In this document: piece by piece, positions 35,237 through 39,462 of the stretch
Numbering within the stretch: position 1 is the first letter of the stretch
Layout: every line of letters begins with the position of its first letter
NCBI GenBank assembly: GCA_027624735.1
Contig: JAQBTY010000003.1
Span: 1 to 39,462, forward strand
Source: Pseudomonadota bacterium
GTDB taxonomy: Bacteria > Pseudomonadota > Alphaproteobacteria > MPNO01 > UBA2964
DNA length: 39,462 nucleotides
Direction: 5' to 3'
Program-made: the position numbers and the translations under genes
Notes under the pieces: generated by a model
Databases searched by the model: none
What the model saw: the letters and a program-made list of their open reading frames with translations, nothing else
Told to the model about the DNA's origin: nothing

Positions 35237-37404
35237 TGCTTCAGCGCACCGTGCAGATCCAGGGCATCCGCCGGTTTTCCATAATACCGAACCCGGCCAT
35301 TTTCGAGAACCATAAGATGATCCGCGACCCGCAAATGACTGGGCCGATGCGATACCACGATGATTGTCGTCGAGCCGCGAAACTTTTCTATCGCCGCCAG
35401 GAAAGCGGCATCACCCCGTTCATCCAGCATCTGTCCTGGTTCGTCGAACAGAAAAATCGTCGGCTTGCGTAAATACGCCCGGGTAAGAGACAGCTTCTGC
35501 TTGAAGCCCTCTGGCAGTTCCGCGACCACCGTCTCGGTCAAGCGTGTTTCATAGCCGTGCTGCAGGCCCAAAATCGCTTCATGAACGGCGGCTGTCTTTG
35601 CCGCCTCGACAATATCCTCGTCACTCGCCCACGGGGTGACCAGGCGAAGGTTCTGCGAGACCGTGCCGTAGATCATCTCACTGGTTTGCGGCACCAGACC
35701 GATATTCTGCCGGATGTCGATCGCGTCCATCTGCCTGACGTCGATCCCGTCGATCAGGACGGCGCCCATTTGCGGGCGGTAGAGCCCTGCCGCGAGATTC
35801 AAAATGGTCGATTTTCCCGCACCGTTGGCGCCGGTTATCGCCAGCACCTCTCCTGGCTCCACGGAAAAGCTGACCCCGGAAAGCGCCGGATCGGCGTCGG
35901 GTGTATGACGGAACGCCACGTTGCTGAACGAAATGCGGCCGCGATAGCTCAATTTCGGCGGAATGTGACCGGGCAGCCGCTCGGGCTTCAGCTTCATCAA
36001 GTGGTTGATCTGACGCAACGTGGCGCGGATCTGCGTCGCCCGGTTCAGCAACGTGAGCAGCGACTGGAATGGCCCCAGCACACGCCAGGATAGGGCCATG
36101 GAGGCGACCAGCGCGCCGATCGTCAGAGTCTTGTCCATGACCATGATCGCGCCGAATCCGACCATCGCTGTTCCAGCGCCGAGCAGGACGCTTTTGCCGA
36201 TTGTCTGCATGGTTTGATTGATCATGGCTACGCGGAAATCGCCAATGGCGGATTCCGCTGAAATATTGCTGAAACGCTTCAGCCATACGGTTTCGGCGCC
36301 GGCGAATTTTATTGCCCGCATCCCAGAAACCGCCTCGATCAGAAACCGTTGCTGCTGTGTCCTGCCTTTCGACACCTGGCCGTAGACCCGCCTGACAAAC
36401 GGTGAGGCCAGCATCGCGCCAGCGACAAGAATCACCGCCGCCAGAATCGGAACCAATACCAGCCAACCGGCCAGCACCGTGATGACCGCGGCAAATAAAA
36501 CGGCAAATGGTATATCGATCAGCGTTTCGCCCAGCGGGCCCGCGAAAAACTCCCGCACCGATTCGAATTCCTGCAGGTGAGAGACTTGCGCGCCCAGCGG
36601 TTCGTTCTCTGTCATTGCAATGGGCATCATCAATACCTGACGAAATCCCGCCGTTCCGATGATGTAGTCGATGCGGCCTGCCGCGTGGGCCATGGTGAGA
36701 GAGCGGAAACGGCGAAAGACCCATTCAAATCCAAGTGCCGAACAAACCCCCAAAAATAGCAGAATAAGCTGATCGACCGAGCCGGAAGGAATGACGACAT
36801 CGTATATGGCCATCATAAAGAGGGGCATTGCCAGGCTCATGAGGTTGACCATCAGCGTGATGACCAGAACCTGAAGAACAAGCTTGCGGAAACGGATGAA
36901 CAGCTCCGCCATCCAGGCCGCGCTATCGGATTGAAGGGGTCTCTGATCGGTGCCCTGTTTCAAGACATAAGCCGTGCCGCCGAGATTTTCCCCGGAAATG
37001 GTTTCCTTGGCGCGGGACGCGCCGTTGAAGACCCGGTAGCCGCCATCGTCGTTCCGCCCGAGCACCACACAGACAGACCCCTTATCGGGCACGAACAAAC
37101 AGGGCAGAAGACCGGGATTGAGGCCATCAAGCCCGATCTTGACGGCGACGGTATTGAAGTTGAGGTTGGCGAGCGTGCTCCTGAAATCCTCAAGATCAAG
37201 TGCATCGATAAAATGCGGCAGGGATTCCGATAGATGGCGCGCCCGGCCTGACCAGCCGAGAGCCTCCAGCAGCGGCACGAGACAGGCGCCGTAATCCGAT
37301 ATATCGTGCTCGACGTTGGCGCCGAACCCGCTCAGAATGCGGAGCCCGGCCGCCATCCCGACGTCAGCACGAGCGTCGCCCGATAGTGTGGCGGCAGCGG
37401 TCAT
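35233..37404 (-). CDS. Type I secretion ABC transporter with an N-terminal C39-like domain
   Basis: LPCL-containing C39-like domain, TMD PLFMMAIYD.VI, Walker A GANGAGKS, Walker B IFLFDEP and SHR. ATGA overlap with hlyD. Confidence 0.9.
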   Translation of the reverse strand: MTAAATLSGDARADVGMAAGLRILSGFGANVEHDISDYGACLVPLLEALGWSGRARHLSESLPHFIDALDLEDFRSTLANLNFNTVAVKIGLDGLNPGLLPCLFVPDKGSVCVVLGRNDDGGYRVFNGASRAKETISGENLGGTAYVLKQGTDQRPLQSDSAAWMAELFIRFRKLVLQVLVITLMVNLMSLAMPLFMMAIYDVVIPSGSVDQLILLFLGVCSALGFEWVFRRFRSLTMAHAAGRIDYIIGTAGFRQVLMMPIAMTENEPLGAQVSHLQEFESVREFFAGPLGETLIDIPFAVLFAAVITVLAGWLVLVPILAAVILVAGAMLASPFVRRVYGQVSKGRTQQQRFLIEAVSGMRAIKFAGAETVWLKRFSNISAESAIGDFRVAMINQTMQTIGKSVLLGAGTAMVGFGAIMVMDKTLTIGALVASMALSWRVLGPFQSLLTLLNRATQIRATLRQINHLMKLKPERLPGHIPPKLSYRGRISFSNVAFRHTPDADPALSGVSFSVEPGEVLAITGANGAGKSTILNLAAGLYRPQMGAVLIDGIDVRQMDAIDIRQNIGLVPQTSEMIYGTVSQNLRLVTPWASDEDIVEAAKTAAVHEAILGLQHGYETRLTETVVAELPEGFKQKLSLTRAYLRKPTIFLFDEPGQMLDERGDAAFLAAIEKFRGSTTIIVVSHRPSHLRVADHLMVLENGRVRYYGKPADALDLHGALKQ

Positions 37405-39095
37405 GCAAACTCCCGCTGTATTCGATCGATCGATCCGCGCGCGTCTTCAGGGGCTTTATGCACCCCATGATCGCGGATGACATAGCGCGTGTCCGCGAGT
37501 TCGAGGAACGATGGGCGGTGGCTGACAATCACCAGGGCGGATTTTCCGCGGTAGTATTTGAGCAGTTCCAGCAGGCGGGTGTCGCTGTCCTGATCCAGAA
37601 ACGTATTGGCTTCATCGAACAGGATGAGTTGGGGATTCTCGACCAGAGTAAGCGCGCGGATCAGGGCGATACGCTGGCGTACACCGCCGGGCAGCCCGTC
37701 ATTCGCGGCGTGTTCGACCCGCGTTTCATAGCCGTGCGGCATACGTCCCACCGCCTCGTGCAGCCCCAGCTTCTCCGCCATGATAAGAGCGTCGTCAATA
37801 TGGGAATCGCCGCGGAACATGGTCAAATTGTCCATCAACGAGCCCTGGAACAGAACCGGCTGCTGCGGCAGATAAACCACCTGAGAGCGCAGGCTCACCG
37901 CGTCATGCTCCCAGATATTCTGGCCATCGATAAGCACCTGGCCGGCGGAGGGGACATGCAGTCCCATGATCAGCCCTAGAAGCGTCGATTTTCCCGATCC
38001 GTTGGGGCCGCTCACGGCAATGGTTTCGCCGGCGTTGAAGTGAAGATTGACGTTCTGGAACAGCGCATTTTCCTGCTGCGTATAGGAAAAGGTGACATCT
38101 TTCAGGACGACGTTCCCCGCGATCCGGTGCAGGGCGGGCGCCTCGGGCTTGGATTCAAGCGGTAATTGCATCAGGTCATCGACCTGGTTGCGGGTAACCC
38201 GTGCGTTCTGAAACTGGGTCCAGGTCGCAACGGCCCGCATCATCGGCTGCGCGGAGCGGCTCGCAAGCAGGGTACAGGCGGCCAGCGCCCCGATGGTCAG
38301 GGCGCCGTCGATAACCATCGTGCTGCCGTAGGCCCCGACAGCGATTGCCGTCAGTTGCGAAAAAACCTGACCGGTGTTGCGGCTCCACGTACTGGCGTCC
38401 GCGAACAGATAACTCGCTTCCGCCGAACTCGCCTGCAGCCGTTCATAACGGCGGACCATCATCGCCTCCATGCCCAGCCCCTTGATGGTATGGATGGTTT
38501 TAAGCACTTCGATGATGAAGTTGTACCGGCGATCATCGGTCTCTCTTCTGAGTTTGAGCGCGGCGCTTACCCGTCGTCCGGCGATGGCCGCCGTCATACC
38601 CAACAAAATCAGAACGATGACCGGCACGACGGCCAACGGCCCCGCTATCAACCCGATCAGGAGAAAAAACAGCAGCGCGAAGGGAAGATCGACAATCAGC
38701 AACAGGGACTGGCCGGCAAAATGGCTTTTGACGGAATCAATCGCCCGCAAACGCTGAATGTGAACGCCGGGCGGCGATGCGTCGAAGGCACGCAGATCTG
38801 ATTTGAAAATATGGCCGACCGCGTCGCAGGCCATTCTGTGCTGCACCCGCGCCGCCGTCCAGTTTGAGATGTAGGCGCGCCCGAGACTCAGGATCATATC
38901 CAGGATCAGAATGAAACCCAGCGCGACCACAAAAATAGCCAGTGTCTGGTTTGAATTATTGGGAATAACGCGGTCATAGACCTGCAATATTGTAATCGGC
39001 AAGGCCAGTGACAGAATATTGATGGCGCTCGACGCAGCAATCAACTCCGCGCGGTGGCCACGCAGGATATCGAATTTGGGTGCTGCTTTTGTCAT
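37401..39095 (-). CDS. Type I secretion ABC transporter (TMD + NBD, no C39 domain)
   Basis: LALPITILQVYDRVIP, Walker A GPNGSGKS, signature LPGGVRQR, Walker B LILFDEA and SHR. ATGA overlap with the next ABC gene. Confidence 0.9.
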   Translation of the reverse strand: MTKAAPKFDILRGHRAELIAASSAINILSLALPITILQVYDRVIPNNSNQTLAIFVVALGFILILDMILSLGRAYISNWTAARVQHRMACDAVGHIFKSDLRAFDASPPGVHIQRLRAIDSVKSHFAGQSLLLIVDLPFALLFFLLIGLIAGPLAVVPVIVLILLGMTAAIAGRRVSAALKLRRETDDRRYNFIIEVLKTIHTIKGLGMEAMMVRRYERLQASSAEASYLFADASTWSRNTGQVFSQLTAIAVGAYGSTMVIDGALTIGALAACTLLASRSAQPMMRAVATWTQFQNARVTRNQVDDLMQLPLESKPEAPALHRIAGNVVLKDVTFSYTQQENALFQNVNLHFNAGETIAVSGPNGSGKSTLLGLIMGLHVPSAGQVLIDGQNIWEHDAVSLRSQVVYLPQQPVLFQGSLMDNLTMFRGDSHIDDALIMAEKLGLHEAVGRMPHGYETRVEHAANDGLPGGVRQRIALIRALTLVENPQLILFDEANTFLDQDSDTRLLELLKYYRGKSALVIVSHRPSFLELADTRYVIRDHGVHKAPEDARGSIDRIQREFA

Positions 39096-39462
39096 CGCCT
39101 GATATGGCCTAGATCACTTTCGATGGATACTGCCGGTCGCAACCACATAATCGCTCGTCGCCGCCCCGCTCGACCCCACTGCGATGAGCCCCGAAGTTCT
39201 AACTCACTGAAAATCAGTACATTTATTACCGACCGTAGAGTGCAGAAGCGGGTTAAATATTTGGTTAACCAAGTCAGAAAATCGGGGCCTGACATACAGC
39301 GCGGCGATGGCCGGTAGCAGCCCGGCGACCCGGACGCTCCCTACGAAACAGCGCCATCAGTACAAAACGTCGGAACGCGGGGTAATTCACGACAAATTTG
39401 TAATTGCTCACCCTGGGTGTTCCGGAAGGATCTGCGGGTGGTGTTTTTCGCTAACTTGGCAT

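Noticed and set aside
39054-39317. Short ORFs at the right end (39054..39317 +, 39092..39295 -)
   Set aside because: No motifs or clear RBS; the region looks like the promoter of the ABC operon.

Overview
GC-rich bacterial DNA, most consistent with an alphaproteobacterium (Rhodospirillales-like: orphan Bug/TctC proteins, a CIR/RIME-type palindromic repeat, CtrA-like boxes, a two-ABC type I secretion locus); the taxonomy is an inference. About 32 densely packed CDSs. The centre holds a coenzyme F420 biosynthesis operon (fbiC-fno/npdG-cofE-cofD-cofC) set head-to-head, 127 bp apart, with an operon of two opine-dehydrogenase-family and two Mer-like luciferase-like genes. The left arm has tandem paralogues of small-molecule enzymes: 2 VOC proteins, 4 TauD/TfdA dioxygenases with a 4,5-dihydroxyphthalate-decarboxylase-like gene, 2 Bug/TctC binding proteins, an ornithine cyclodeaminase/mu-crystallin protein, MarR, MFS and a GT-C glycosyltransferase. 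The right arm has an MLE-type enolase, an orphan membrane-anchored protein, a class II aldolase / Mo-hydroxylase / metal-site-degenerate M24 hydrolase operon, and a type I secretion system whose TolC carries a 77-aa tandem-repeat tail. The best candidate for an undescribed system is an F420-linked pathway for C-N (imine/opine, N-carboxyalkyl) redox chemistry; its substrate cannot be read from the sequence. No rRNA, tRNA, CRISPR array or transposase was recognised. All family calls come from reading motifs by eye, with no database searches.
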